Source: an uncultured virus (IMG/VR IMGVR_UViG_3300045257_000098) (taxonomy: Duplodnaviria; Heunggongvirae; Uroviricota; Caudoviricetes). Taken from it: a stretch of 64,000 nucleotides of DNA. The notes beneath the pieces were generated by a model. It was not told the origin of the DNA. It saw only the letters and a program-made list of their open reading frames with translations, and did no database searches. The stretch lies in the IMG/VR virus record IMGVR_UViG_3300045257_000098, one strand, 5' to 3'. Below are positions 1 through 10,375 of this stretch, one piece after another. Numbering within the stretch: position 1 is the stretch's first letter; the number at the start of each line of letters is the position of its first letter. The translations under genes and the position numbers were made by a program.

Positions 1-18
1 TCCCATTGCGAGGATGGG

Positions 19-486
19 ATGAGCACGAAAAAGACGTTGTATATGGAAACGACGCAGATCCCTGCCGAGCGTACGGCGGCGGAAATATCGTCTTGCTTGA
101 TACAGGCTGGCGCTACCCAAATCGCTACCGATTACGAGGGCGGGGAGATAAAAGGACTGCGTTGGACGATGCAGATCCATGGGCAAGATGTCTTGTTCGC
201 GATGCCCGCGCGCGTGGACCCGATTTTCAAAGCTCTTAACGACCGCCGACAGTCTTCATATCTCCGCCAGAACAAGGCACCCGATGACCGGGCGCAAGCA
301 AAGCGGGTGGGCTGGCGTCAGTTGCTCCGCTGGGTGCAGGCGCAAGTCGCTATGATCGAATGCGGCATGACGGAAGCGGCGGAAGTGTTCTTTCCATACA
401 TCCAGATCCCGGGCACGAACCAGACATTGTTTCAGCGATTCAAGGATCAGAAATCGCTTCCCACTCCGCAGGATAATCTGCAATGA
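19..486 (+). CDS. conserved phage hypothetical protein
   Basis: 155 aa ORF, stop overlaps next ATG (ATGA); RVGWRQLLRWVQAQ...EVFFPY resembles a recurring phage family of unknown function. Confidence 0.6.
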   Translation: MSTKKTLYMETTQIPAERTAAEISSCLIQAGATQIATDYEGGEIKGLRWTMQIHGQDVLFAMPARVDPIFKALNDRRQSSYLRQNKAPDDRAQAKRVGWRQLLRWVQAQVAMIECGMTEAAEVFFPYIQIPGTNQTLFQRFKDQKSLPTPQDNLQ

Positions 487-809
487 GACAGCGCACTAAA
501 CCATGGACTGACCGGGTCAATAAGCTGGTCGAGCAGAATGGCTGGACTATCGGCGATGCCGCTCTGCACTTCAACGTGGGTGTCGAAACGATCAATAAGT
601 GGATCAAGGGCCGTAGGCACCGGCCGCCGTCCATGAAGTTTCTGCGGCAGTTGATTGCCCTGGAGGAAGCCTATGGCAAGCCCAAAGCGTTCGTTACCGG
701 AGTCTGGGATCGTGGCCGGTTCCGTCCCATTGGCAGTCGAGAGAAAGATCGCCAGACGGTGGATGAAACGGTGGGTTCCGCTACGCAGGTTCGGAGCAAG
801 GTGGGGTGA
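483..809 (+). CDS. XRE/Cro-like helix-turn-helix protein
   Basis: WTIGDAALHFNVGVETINKWIKGRRHRP fits the HTH_XRE pattern. Confidence 0.7.
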   Translation: MRQRTKPWTDRVNKLVEQNGWTIGDAALHFNVGVETINKWIKGRRHRPPSMKFLRQLIALEEAYGKPKAFVTGVWDRGRFRPIGSREKDRQTVDETVGSATQVRSKVG

Positions 810-1032
810 TCTAGAGGAGTTGATCAGTTATTCTCACCGGATGACTATGCTTGAATTGTTGCAATCCGGAGTTGAGATGCGGATGATCGCCAGGAACGAC
901 TGGGATGATCCATGGTTGGGCCAGAAAGAACGGGAAGAACTTGTGAGATGCTGGAGAGAGACTAAGTAAGGAGGAATTTCTACGCCGCTACTGTCAGAAA
1001 AATTACCAAACCGTCCCCTGAGAGGGACCGAG

Positions 1033-1491
1033 TTGGCCACCAAGATCAAGATGGATGTGGAGGAAGTCCTCGGCAAGAGCGGGATGTTTACCAACTACAT
1101 CGCCTACGGACGTGCCAGCTACAAAATCACGGTCGACCTGCACTTGGCGAATCCCTCCATGCCCAAGGCGACGGTCACTGTGCGATCCAGGAAGCCTTCG
1201 CGCAGCGTCCCTCCCGACGATCCGATGCACACCATTGAGGATGAGCCGCCAATGGTCGACCCCGGCCCGGAATCGGCAGTGGTCCGACTGGAGCGGGACC
1301 GCGAGATCACCAGCCCCAACGCCACCCGCATCGAGAGCGGAATGCCCATCGAAGTGCAGACGCACGTGGATGGGAAACTGGTGACCAGGCAGATCAGGTA
1401 CGACGCCTCCGAGGTTCCACCGCAGCCGCCACCGGTTGATCGGGACAACTCGGACAAACTGGCGCAGGAGTGGAAGGTGCGCAAGGTGTGA
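1033..1491 (+). CDS. hypothetical protein
   Basis: 152 aa ORF in the + strand operon; start uncertain (TTG 1033 or ATG 1051). Confidence 0.5.
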   Translation: MATKIKMDVEEVLGKSGMFTNYIAYGRASYKITVDLHLANPSMPKATVTVRSRKPSRSVPPDDPMHTIEDEPPMVDPGPESAVVRLERDREITSPNATRIESGMPIEVQTHVDGKLVTRQIRYDASEVPPQPPPVDRDNSDKLAQEWKVRKV

Positions 1492-1922
1492 TTAAAGAAC
1501 AGCGAAACGAATGGCAAATGGTGGAACTAGAGCCAGAAAAATCCTATGTTCTTTTGTTCGACCGGAACAAAATTTCTAAACTGCAAGCCATCAGTGCGGG
1601 TAATATGCTTCGCGGAAGATATCCGAATACCATATTGGTAATTATGTGTGATGGATTTGAGACAATGGATACTAAGACGGCATGGGGAGCATTGTGCTCT
1701 ATTGCCAGAATGGTCTGGAGAGGCATCTGGAAGTGAAGTGGTTCCCCGAGTTGCGCGCACTAGCCCTTCTGCGAAGGATCGCGCGTGCTCTAGAGGAAGC
1801 CAACCGTATGGAGCAGGATCGGCGTGAGCGCCCCAGAAAAGCTAGATTGACCGAAATCTCGACCGCCACGTCGGCGGACTTCAACGAGCGCTGGCGAGTC
1901 GATCAGCAGGGCAGGGGGATCA

Positions 1923-2561
1923 TTGACCAGGAATGAAGCCTGGGAACGCCTTCAGGTAACGCCAGCCCAGGTAGCCAACCAGCCCATCATCGGCCGCACG
2001 CTCTCCAAGATCGGCACACGCAAGCAGATCATCGAACTGCTACAGGAGTCCGAAGTTCCAGAACTGCGCGCAGTACTCGAAAAGATTCAGGAACTGCCGC
2101 TCACCCGCCCCATGGGCCCTCGTGAAAAGAAGTCGCATCCCACACCGGACGCAATTCCGATGGAGGCGTTCTGTCTGTCGGCAGGCGTGCCAACGCTGAA
2201 ATTCCTCAGTCTGGTGGTCGTCGAAGCACTGACACGAAACGCCGATATTTCTAAACTGATCGCCAGCGCCGCGCATCCGAATGTTACCGAGAAGACCGTT
2301 GAAATGGCTCTGGATGGTGATCTGGCAGCGGCCAAACTCCTGCACCAGCACGCTGGCTTCCTCCCCATGCCCAAGAACTCGGTTGTGCAGATATTCGGTG
2401 GAGCACAGATCGACGCCCGTCAGCAGACGCAGGTCACGCTGCCTCCAGTCGAGGATGAGGCGCGGAATATGACCGACAGGTTCAACCATAGATTTCTGGC
2501 CAATCGACCGCAGTTGGTGGCGCCAGTCGAAGAAGACGCGGATGATCTGGAGGATGGGTAA
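1923..2561 (+). CDS. putative terminase small subunit
   Basis: Directly upstream of and coupled (TAATG) to TerL; helical, EMALDGDLAAAKLL-type segment, acidic tail. Confidence 0.55.
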   Translation: MTRNEAWERLQVTPAQVANQPIIGRTLSKIGTRKQIIELLQESEVPELRAVLEKIQELPLTRPMGPREKKSHPTPDAIPMEAFCLSAGVPTLKFLSLVVVEALTRNADISKLIASAAHPNVTEKTVEMALDGDLAAAKLLHQHAGFLPMPKNSVVQIFGGAQIDARQQTQVTLPPVEDEARNMTDRFNHRFLANRPQLVAPVEEDADDLEDG

Positions 2562-4813
2562 TGTATGCCTCCGCAGTCATTGATCAGCGTCTGGAGATGG
2601 CGCGCGATTCACTGGGATGGATTCCAGAGCCGCACTCAGTTGGTGATGTGGATGATTTCAACCGGAGACTGGAATCCAAATACACAGATATCTACGCCGC
2701 TGCTCATCAAGCAGCCGCTGGAGCCGACGAACCAGGAAAGCCTTTTCAGCTACACCTTCTGCAAAATCTAAAGCCCGTCCTCAACCAGGAAGAAATCCGC
2801 TGGATGCGCAACGAGCGCACGCTATCCATGTGCGATGCCTACTATTGGCTCACTCGCTACTACTACATCAAGCCTCCATCGGGCATTCAGCGGTTCACTT
2901 TCCTTCCGGGACAGCAGGTCTACTACAACGTCATCGCGGAATTGGAATCGCTCGGGGCTGCCATTGAACTCCTGATTAGCAAGGCCCGCCAGCATGGGAT
3001 GTCGACTGCTACCGAGGGTTTCGTAACCCACCGCGCCAGTTTCGGGTTCGGTGTCAACACCACCATTGCCTCCGCCGACCGCGTGATGACCGCCAAGATG
3101 GCCCAGATGAGTCTGCTGGCCTACGACATGATGCCCTGGTGGATGCGTCCTGTCTATACGCGACGGGTCGAGTCCGATCAGGGGATGCTGGTATTCGGTG
3201 GGCTCAAGAGCGGTATCGGATTCCAGCACGGAGCCCAGACCAGCGGCATCTCCCGTGGGGATACGGTCTCGATTTATCACCTCTCGGAAGTGGCCAGCTA
3301 CGCCAACGCCGGAGAGTTGATCGAGGATGGTCTGTTTAAGTGCGTCCACGCGGCGCCTAACGTCCTCGGAGTGCTTGAATCGACCGCAGAAGGAGATACG
3401 GGATGGTGGTATGAGAAATACTGGTTTTCCAAGAAAAACTGGGAGCGCGGAAGATCACGCCTCTGCCCGTTATTTCTGCCCTGGTTCGTAGGCACTGACA
3501 AATACCCCACTCCGACATGGAGCCGCACTCATCCGATTCCAGAAGACTGGAAGATGGAGATGGAAACCCGTGAGATGATGGCGCGGGCGGCGCTCTACGT
3601 CCGCTCGAATCCAGTTCTGGAGAAGGTGCTGGGACAGGGATGGACGCTCCCGCAGGAGCAGGCTTGGTTCTGGGAGGTGGGCTATATCGAGCATCGGGAC
3701 ACCGGACGCGCCAAGAAGTGGTTCCAGGAGATGCCCACCGATGATGTGGAGAGTTTCCAGGGATCATACGACAACGTGTTCGGCCGCGAGGTGATCGCCA
3801 GCGTTTACTCGAAACGCACTCCAAACTACAAGGTATACGGCATCATTGGCCAGTCGATTGAGACCTCCAAAGAGCCCTATGCGGGCGATGTGGACTACAA
3901 TCTGGGCAGGATGCAGGTATCTTACGACTCTAAAAAGGGCACCATATACCATTGGGAATTGGTGCCCCTATTGTGGCGGGAGACGTGGAAAGACCTGAGC
4001 GAGATTCAGGAGATTTCGATTCCGAATGGCCTCCTCATGGAGTTTCGCCCGCCTGAGCCTGATTATGATTATTCTATTGGTGTGGATACATCAACCGGGG
4101 TGGGAGACGAGGCTACCGTAATTGCTGTCAGCCGTCGTGCCCGTAACCCTGCCGAACCCGATATCAACGTAGCCGAATTCCGATCCAATCAGGTGAGCCA
4201 CGTGGAGGCCTATGCCTATGTTATGGCGATTGCGGCGCATTATTCCCATTACATGCCCAATTCTAAGACACCTCACCGGGAGCCATACGTCAGTCCGGAA
4301 CAGGTTTTGGCCGTAGGCGATACGGTATACAAGGATATGTGGCGCATGGGATATTACCGGTTCCATCGTCCCATTCGCTACGATTCCAGGATCAAGGACA
4401 TGCGGAAATCGCAGGCCCATAAACGTGGATGGTTCACCAATCGGATCACGCGGCCGATTCTATTGGGAAACTTTATTATTGCCGTGCAAAATGGCTGGTA
4501 TCAGGTTAACAGTCCCTGGACCATTTGGGAAATGCAGCATTTTGAGGTACATTACACCAAGCGGGAGGATGGCGGGAGGGGCCGTGAAAAGCAGGAACAT
4601 GGCAAGCAATCTACCGATGACGGGCTGTTCGCCAACGCGATGGCTTTCTTTTGTCCAAACGATTTACAGTCCCTTACCGAAAGAACTTCCAAAAAGCGTT
4701 CCGATCTTGTATCCGAAGACGGAGATGAAGGGCCCCCAATCGACTTGGAAGAGTACTCCAACACCATGAGCACACGGACCGAACGCGAGACCAGTCTGGA
4801 GTCATTGTTATGA
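2561..4813 (+). CDS. terL: terminase large subunit
   Basis: Walker A-like ISKARQHGMST, Walker B IYHLSEVA, coupling motif LESTAEG, RNase H-like IGVDTSTGVGD and C-terminal DDGLFANAMA. Confidence 0.92.
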   Translation: MYASAVIDQRLEMARDSLGWIPEPHSVGDVDDFNRRLESKYTDIYAAAHQAAAGADEPGKPFQLHLLQNLKPVLNQEEIRWMRNERTLSMCDAYYWLTRYYYIKPPSGIQRFTFLPGQQVYYNVIAELESLGAAIELLISKARQHGMSTATEGFVTHRASFGFGVNTTIASADRVMTAKMAQMSLLAYDMMPWWMRPVYTRRVESDQGMLVFGGLKSGIGFQHGAQTSGISRGDTVSIYHLSEVASYANAGELIEDGLFKCVHAAPNVLGVLESTAEGDTGWWYEKYWFSKKNWERGRSRLCPLFLPWFVGTDKYPTPTWSRTHPIPEDWKMEMETREMMARAALYVRSNPVLEKVLGQGWTLPQEQAWFWEVGYIEHRDTGRAKKWFQEMPTDDVESFQGSYDNVFGREVIASVYSKRTPNYKVYGIIGQSIETSKEPYAGDVDYNLGRMQVSYDSKKGTIYHWELVPLLWRETWKDLSEIQEISIPNGLLMEFRPPEPDYDYSIGVDTSTGVGDEATVIAVSRRARNPAEPDINVAEFRSNQVSHVEAYAYVMAIAAHYSHYMPNSKTPHREPYVSPEQVLAVGDTVYKDMWRMGYYRFHRPIRYDSRIKDMRKSQAHKRGWFTNRITRPILLGNFIIAVQNGWYQVNSPWTIWEMQHFEVHYTKREDGGRGREKQEHGKQSTDDGLFANAMAFFCPNDLQSLTERTSKKRSDLVSEDGDEGPPIDLEEYSNTMSTRTERETSLESLL

Positions 4814-5307
4814 GCGATCAAACTGGAATGGCCCCCGGAAGGGTCACTTCCATAATTTACTTTGCTTCACAAGACGGTCAAGTGATACTTCCGCCAACCA
4901 CGGAGGACGCCCGTTGGCTCTACCGCACCCACTACCAGAATCGCGGTTGGGAGTGGTGCGAGGCCTCAACTTTGGCCGAGGTGGACGCTCTTCAGGATCG
5001 ATTGTGTTCTCTTGATAAAGATAAGAGGGAAATGGATTTTGAGCGTGATGAGCGTAAGTTTGCCGAGGGACGGGAACGGATTCGGAGTTCTATTTATCAG
5101 CGGATGATTTCTTCTTCCACTAGCCCGTTCATGCGGGATTTCTACTGGTATTATCTACATGTTCACCAACCCGAGAAACGCGAACAATACCGGCAAAGAT
5201 ATTTCGAGGCGACCAGCTACCTCTGGAGTCGAGAAATGGATAACAGCACCAAGGCTACCGACCGAATGATCAGTGAGCCAGGAGATCGGTGGGAACGTAG
5301 TGGCTGA
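4810..5307 (+). CDS. hypothetical protein
   Basis: 165 aa ORF translationally coupled to terL. Confidence 0.55.
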   Translation: MSDQTGMAPGRVTSIIYFASQDGQVILPPTTEDARWLYRTHYQNRGWEWCEASTLAEVDALQDRLCSLDKDKREMDFERDERKFAEGRERIRSSIYQRMISSSTSPFMRDFYWYYLHVHQPEKREQYRQRYFEATSYLWSREMDNSTKATDRMISEPGDRWERSG

Positions 5308-5516
5308 TCCAAATGATATTACACTGGAATCAATTGCCAAGGTCATGCGAGAGCTGGAAGTGGAGCAGGACGCAAAGGACTTGGATATGTTTCTGAGTGA
5401 CAACTGGCATCCTTATCGGATACTGAGAGGCGGAGGGGTGCTGATGCAATTTGATGGTAATTGGTATGCCGTGGAACGATCTCTCCTTTCACCCAATTGG
5501 TTAGAATGGCCCAAGA

Positions 5517-7586
5517 ATGGCTGATCAGATTGGCAGCATACGGGAATGGCAATGCCCTCCATCTGCTGCAAATGAAGATCGAAAACTAGGATGGCTGAAT
5601 GAGAGCACGGAGGAGGGCCAAAATTGGTTGCGCGTTCAGCGCGGGGCAGGTGACTGGCGCAAATCCCTCGATCTCTTGGCAGGCCGAGCCGATGCCAACG
5701 ACCGGGTTTCCTATCGCAGCGGCCTGAGCGCCAACCGTCTGAAGCGCGATGTGCGGGAAGTAGTTGGCGCTCTCGCCAACATCCGTCCCATCTGGGGATA
5801 TCACTCGGACAATCGAGCATTCGAGAAGTACTCCGAGATGATGAATAAGGTGGCTCGTGCCATCTATCTGGAGAGCATGTTCGACCGCTCCATCAAGGAA
5901 GTTCTCCAGTATGCCGCCGCTACCTGCACCGGATGGGCGCGCCCGGTTTACCAACGGGATCAGGGCGGCAGAGGCAAAGGTTCACTGAAACTCCTCACGT
6001 ACGGTGCCCCCTGCGTGCTCCCCGTACAGCTTCCGTCCTCCAACGACTGGCAACAGGCTTACTCCGTGACCCTGATGGATGAGATGCCCATCTATATGGC
6101 GCACTCGTATTGGCCTGAGTTTCAGGATCGTCTCCTACCGACTTCCAGCAAATACTGGTATAGCCGCGAAATTAGAACGGCGGCAGTGGGCAATATGTGG
6201 CAGCGGGTCTTCACTTCCTGGCGCCGCAAGCCGCAGAATCCCCAGAGCGATCTGTTTATCCCGGTGCGGTACACAACCGTCATCGACAACACCGTCAACA
6301 CCTCGGGCCAGATGATCCCCATGGGCGAACCTGGAAGTTCGTGGTATTACGAAGTCCCAGCCAAGGGGCAGGATATCCCGGTTGGCCGTGACCGGCAGGG
6401 AAACATCATCTCTCGTAAGGCCACGGAGGACGATGCCAGACTCTACCCCTATCGCAGACTGTTGATATCCTCTGAAGCTGTGGTCATGTACGATGGGCCC
6501 GCCTTTAACTGGCATGGCGAACTGGATCTGATCAACTTCTGTGTGGATGACTGGGCCTGGGAGGGAATCGGCTTTTCGCTCATGCACGATGGGTGGGATC
6601 TGCAAGCGGCGATTGACGAGATCGACCGTGGGGTGATGGATAAAATTCATGCCCAACTGGATCCTGCTCTTGGATACGACATCAATTCGGTTTCGCCAAA
6701 GGAAGCCAAGCAGTTCGACCCTTTTATGCCCCGGCAGAGGATTGGTTATGACGGATCGGCCGTAGACCAGCCCTTTGTGAATATTATCCCGCCCGAGAGC
6801 CTACGAGTCGAGGCCGAGATTCTGGCTAACCGGCAATATTTGATGGACTCAATGGACTATTCCTTGGGCGTACACGATATCGTGGCCCTTGGAAAGGCCC
6901 GCGCGCTTGGTCAAGGTGGCGAGGAAGCCGAAGCGTTGATGGTCTCCGAGGGTCCGATTGTGCAGGACATCAGCCGTTCGATGGAGCGTGGTCTATCCCG
7001 GATTGGTTCTCAGCTGAAATATCTGATTCTTCAATACATGACCAGCCAACGGGTGATGCAGTATGTAGGCGAGGATGGGGTGTCGAGTGAGATATTCGAT
7101 TACGACCCGGAATCCCTGGTCCCGAGCCACCTCCCAGGGGAGCAGGTTCACGATTCGCAGGAACGGCCGCAGGGATCTCTGCACTCACGCATGGAACGGG
7201 CCCGCTGGTTTGCCGATAATCTGCGGTTCATGATCCTGCCGCACTCGGTCCACGAAATCACGCAGATGTCGCGTCGGCTGATGCTCCTCCAGTTGAAACG
7301 GGCTGGCGCTCCGCTTGACTGGGGAACGGTATTTGAGGCCTGCAACGTGCCGGATTCCAAGATGGAAGACGGATCGAGCGTGCAGGACCGGTTCTGGAAC
7401 GAGAAGGAAAAGGAATTGGAGCAGATGTTCAAGGCTTCCAAGATCGCGGCGGAGCTTGGCATTACCCCAGAGATGATGCAGGGTCCAGGGCAGCACGGTG
7501 GCGGTCGCAAGCCAACCGCCCAGGCGGCTCCGAAACTGGTAAGCAAGGACGGCGGGGCGAGGTCGACAATCTCTGAAAGCCGATGA
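5517..7586 (+). CDS. portal protein
   Basis: 689 aa, canonical position between terL and scaffold/capsid; helical with a Gly/Gln-rich C-terminus, like P22/T7-type long portals. Confidence 0.8.
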   Translation: MADQIGSIREWQCPPSAANEDRKLGWLNESTEEGQNWLRVQRGAGDWRKSLDLLAGRADANDRVSYRSGLSANRLKRDVREVVGALANIRPIWGYHSDNRAFEKYSEMMNKVARAIYLESMFDRSIKEVLQYAAATCTGWARPVYQRDQGGRGKGSLKLLTYGAPCVLPVQLPSSNDWQQAYSVTLMDEMPIYMAHSYWPEFQDRLLPTSSKYWYSREIRTAAVGNMWQRVFTSWRRKPQNPQSDLFIPVRYTTVIDNTVNTSGQMIPMGEPGSSWYYEVPAKGQDIPVGRDRQGNIISRKATEDDARLYPYRRLLISSEAVVMYDGPAFNWHGELDLINFCVDDWAWEGIGFSLMHDGWDLQAAIDEIDRGVMDKIHAQLDPALGYDINSVSPKEAKQFDPFMPRQRIGYDGSAVDQPFVNIIPPESLRVEAEILANRQYLMDSMDYSLGVHDIVALGKARALGQGGEEAEALMVSEGPIVQDISRSMERGLSRIGSQLKYLILQYMTSQRVMQYVGEDGVSSEIFDYDPESLVPSHLPGEQVHDSQERPQGSLHSRMERARWFADNLRFMILPHSVHEITQMSRRLMLLQLKRAGAPLDWGTVFEACNVPDSKMEDGSSVQDRFWNEKEKELEQMFKASKIAAELGITPEMMQGPGQHGGGRKPTAQAAPKLVSKDGGARSTISESR

Positions 7587-7813
7587 CGCCTGTACCAAGC
7601 TTCGATAAACGGTTGATCGTTAGGCACCGCATGTTCCCGGTAATGCGGGTCACGCCGTTAGAGAGCATCATGGCCATAGCTCATGCTCTCCAGATGGAGA
7701 AGTTCACCGGAAAACTGGTGGTCAATCTCTCCCAAGGAGCCATAAACAGTATTCAGACGGAAGATTCGCAGAGAATTGAATCTCAACATCCCCTTGACAC
7801 ATTGGTAGGATAG
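7583..7813 (+). CDS. small hypothetical protein
   Basis: 76 aa, coupled to the portal stop (ATGA); FTGKLVVNLSQGAI. Confidence 0.5.
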   Translation: MTPVPSFDKRLIVRHRMFPVMRVTPLESIMAIAHALQMEKFTGKLVVNLSQGAINSIQTEDSQRIESQHPLDTLVG

Positions 7814-7823
7814 AGTTTAGCGT
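7794..7823 (+). promoter_or_regulatory. sigma70-like promoter upstream of head genes
   Basis: TTGACA (7794-7799), 18-nt spacer, TAGCGT (7818-7823). Confidence 0.5.
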
Positions 7824-7853
7824 TAGCAACAGGGAATCTTTTCGGAATTACCG

Positions 7854-7904
7854 AAGGGCCCGTTCAGTTCACTCACCATGAGAGTGATTTGGACGGGCCT
7901 TTTT
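7854..7904 (+). terminator. long hairpin plus T-tract (terminator/attenuator)
   Basis: AAGGGCCCGTTCAGTTCACTC / GAGTGATTTGGACGGGCCTTT, 21-bp stem with G-U pairs and one mismatch, ending in a T run. Confidence 0.65.
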
Positions 7905-7935
7905 GCATTTGTAGCCATGAATTGGAGAAAACAGA

Positions 7936-8082
7936 ATGCCGACATTGCCTAAGGGCGGTGGAAAGAAAGTGGGCCGGGGTACTGGCGGCCTGAAACTAAA
8001 AACGGATATGAAGGTCATGGGTAAAGGCTATGGCGGCAAAAAGACCATGACCACCAAGACCTCCAACCTGAAAGGCTTCTGA
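7936..8082 (+). CDS. small Lys/Gly-rich basic protein (not in ORF track)
   Basis: GGAG RBS at 7924; MPTLPKGGGKKVGRGTGGLKLKTDMKVMGKGYGGKKTMTTKTSNLKGF, 48 aa. Confidence 0.6.
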   Translation: MPTLPKGGGKKVGRGTGGLKLKTDMKVMGKGYGGKKTMTTKTSNLKGF

Positions 8083-8083
8083 T

Positions 8084-8350
8084 TTGGCCGCGCAAGCCCT
8101 TCCGCCTCCCGATCCTAACGCTCCATCTACCGGTCCTGGTGCGCCGGGGATGCCTGGTGCTGGTGGTGGTGACCCGAGTACACAGATCCTGGGCTTGGTG
8201 CGCACCATCATCAGCGCCAGTAGGCAATTAGGGATGCAGGTTCCAGGATTCGCTCCGATAGCCAGACAGATCAACGATCTTATGCAGGAGGGGCAGATGA
8301 GGATTCTCCAGTCGCAACCCGCTCCAGAACCCCCTGCTCCTCCCGTATGA
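8084..8350 (+). CDS. Pro/Gly-rich small head-region protein
   Basis: 88 aa, TTG start just after the previous stop, before the scaffold. Confidence 0.55.
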   Translation: MAAQALPPPDPNAPSTGPGAPGMPGAGGGDPSTQILGLVRTIISASRQLGMQVPGFAPIARQINDLMQEGQMRILQSQPAPEPPAPPV

Positions 8351-8368
8351 GCCCAATGAGGAAAGAAC

Positions 8369-9205
8369 ATGCCAAAACTTGAAGATGTGCTGAAATCCCA
8401 GGGTTATTCGGACGATGACATCAAGGCCCTCGGACCACTGCTGACCGACGCCAAGTTCCGTGGAGCGGTGGAGAAAACAGCTGGTATGGCCGAAGAGGCT
8501 CAGGCTGCCGCCCAGAAGTGGGAAAAGGAATCGCAGACTTGGGCCGAGTGGCACCAATCGACGGCGCTTCCCACCATCGAAAAATCCCTCAAGAACGAGC
8601 AGGACGCGCGATCCGAGGCCGCTAGTCTCCGGGAGCGCCTGAAAACCCTTAGTGACCAGGGCTTGGTCACACTAGCCCAGCAGGCAGGAGAACCAACGGT
8701 GACACCCCCAAATCCAAACCCATCCGGTGTACCTGCCGGGTTTGACCCCAAGGCCCATAAATTGGTGACTGAGGATGACGTGCTGCGGTTCGCGGACATG
8801 GAAGGGGACGCCATTGCGGCGGCTCAGGATATCGCCAGCCAGCACTACGAGCTTTTCGGAACCAGACTCCCAAGTTTCCGCGAGCTCCGTAAGGAATCGG
8901 TTGCGGCTAAGAAGCCCATCGATCAGTACTGGCAGGAAAAGTTCAAGGTATCGGAGCGCCGGGCCGAGATCGACGCCAAGAATCGGGCCGAAGCCGAGGC
9001 CAAAGTACGTGCCGATGAGCGCTCCAAGGTGATTTCGGAACTGGCCAACCCCATGACGCGTCCTCCGAGCAATTCCAGGGCGCCATTCGCGCGACGTGGA
9101 CCTGGATCCGAGACAGCGCAGCAGCCGTGGCAAAATTCCAACGAACGATCAGCAGCAAGGGTAGAAAAGGCGTTGAAGAGCGCGCTAAACCCGGCAGTCC
9201 AATAG
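8369..9205 (+). CDS. putative capsid scaffolding protein
   Basis: Charged coiled-coil 278 aa immediately upstream of the major capsid gene; GAGG RBS. Confidence 0.7.
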   Translation: MPKLEDVLKSQGYSDDDIKALGPLLTDAKFRGAVEKTAGMAEEAQAAAQKWEKESQTWAEWHQSTALPTIEKSLKNEQDARSEAASLRERLKTLSDQGLVTLAQQAGEPTVTPPNPNPSGVPAGFDPKAHKLVTEDDVLRFADMEGDAIAAAQDIASQHYELFGTRLPSFRELRKESVAAKKPIDQYWQEKFKVSERRAEIDAKNRAEAEAKVRADERSKVISELANPMTRPPSNSRAPFARRGPGSETAQQPWQNSNERSAARVEKALKSALNPAVQ

Positions 9206-9217
9206 GAGAAATGAGCA

Positions 9218-10366
9218 ATGGCAGATCCTAGTTTTGACCAACTGAGCGCATCAACCCTCGCGGACCTTCGCGCTGACGTTGTGTACGATAACTTTTTCGT
9301 GGATGGCGCAATTCAACGAACTCTCCGCGCCGAGGGAGCGCTCGATGACTTCCTGGGTGGTCTCTGGATGCAGGAACCGTTCATGTACGACCGCGTAAAC
9401 GGCGGCGCCATCGCTCCCGGTTCGGACGTGGCGGTTACCCAAAAGCAGATTCTCGCGGCTACGGCCTTCACCGAGCGGGAATATGTGGAGACGGTGCCGC
9501 TCAACCTGTGGCAAACCAACGTCATAAACGCAGGGCCGGCGGGAAAAGTCAAACTGGTTGATCTCTACATGACAAACGCGGTCATGGCCTGCAACACCGA
9601 TCTCAACATTGATTTTTATCGTCACGGCCAGCCTTCATCGAGCACCGTCACTGATGATCGGACGATTTACATCAACGGCGCGTCGGAAGCCCTGAACGAT
9701 GGGGTTAACAACTCCTGGGATGGTAACGTGTTCACGCTCTACGGCGGACAGCTACGCGGATCTGCCATTGGCAACACGCTCAACTCGATTCCGATCTGGC
9801 TGGGTGACGCGGCGGGCAATACCGGGCAGATCAGCTACAAGCCCCTGCTCGAAGCGTACCTGAACTGCGTGCAGGAACCGGACACTGGGATCTGCAACAA
9901 GGCGCTGTTCGCCTACCTGCTTGAGCGTCAGGAGACCAAGCAGCGGTTCGCACAAGAAACCAACGCGCGTATCGGCCTGACTGGCATCAAGGTCATGGAT
10001 GCCTACATCCACGTCGACAAGCTCTGCCCCTCGACCAAGTACGGGACGATTCTTCCCTCTGGTTTGAGCCAGACGACATCCATTAAGCCATCAACGTTCA
10101 CCTCGGCCACACTGAGCGCCACCCAGAATGCGATTTCGAATCTGCCATCGGCTGTGACGATCAACCCGGGCGAGATTTTCTTCTGGTTCCGGCTGAAGGG
10201 TTGGAAAGTCCGCCCGTCGACAGATCCCGAGTACGATCACAATTTCACTCCGCCCATCCGAGCGCAGAACAATCCGGATTTGATCGTAATGTTTTACAAA
10301 GTTGCCATAAATATGTACACGCCGAGCCCACGTGACAATTCGCAGATGTTCGGAGCGGGGTTTTAA
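9218..10366 (+). CDS. major capsid protein (HK97 fold expected)
   Basis: 382 aa, AGGAG RBS, follows scaffold; N-terminal DQLSASTLADLRADVVYDNFF and C-terminal YTPSPRDNSQMFG resemble recurring podovirus-type MCPs. Confidence 0.85.
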   Translation: MADPSFDQLSASTLADLRADVVYDNFFVDGAIQRTLRAEGALDDFLGGLWMQEPFMYDRVNGGAIAPGSDVAVTQKQILAATAFTEREYVETVPLNLWQTNVINAGPAGKVKLVDLYMTNAVMACNTDLNIDFYRHGQPSSSTVTDDRTIYINGASEALNDGVNNSWDGNVFTLYGGQLRGSAIGNTLNSIPIWLGDAAGNTGQISYKPLLEAYLNCVQEPDTGICNKALFAYLLERQETKQRFAQETNARIGLTGIKVMDAYIHVDKLCPSTKYGTILPSGLSQTTSIKPSTFTSATLSATQNAISNLPSAVTINPGEIFFWFRLKGWKVRPSTDPEYDHNFTPPIRAQNNPDLIVMFYKVAINMYTPSPRDNSQMFGAGF

Positions 10367-10375
10367 GGAGACACC

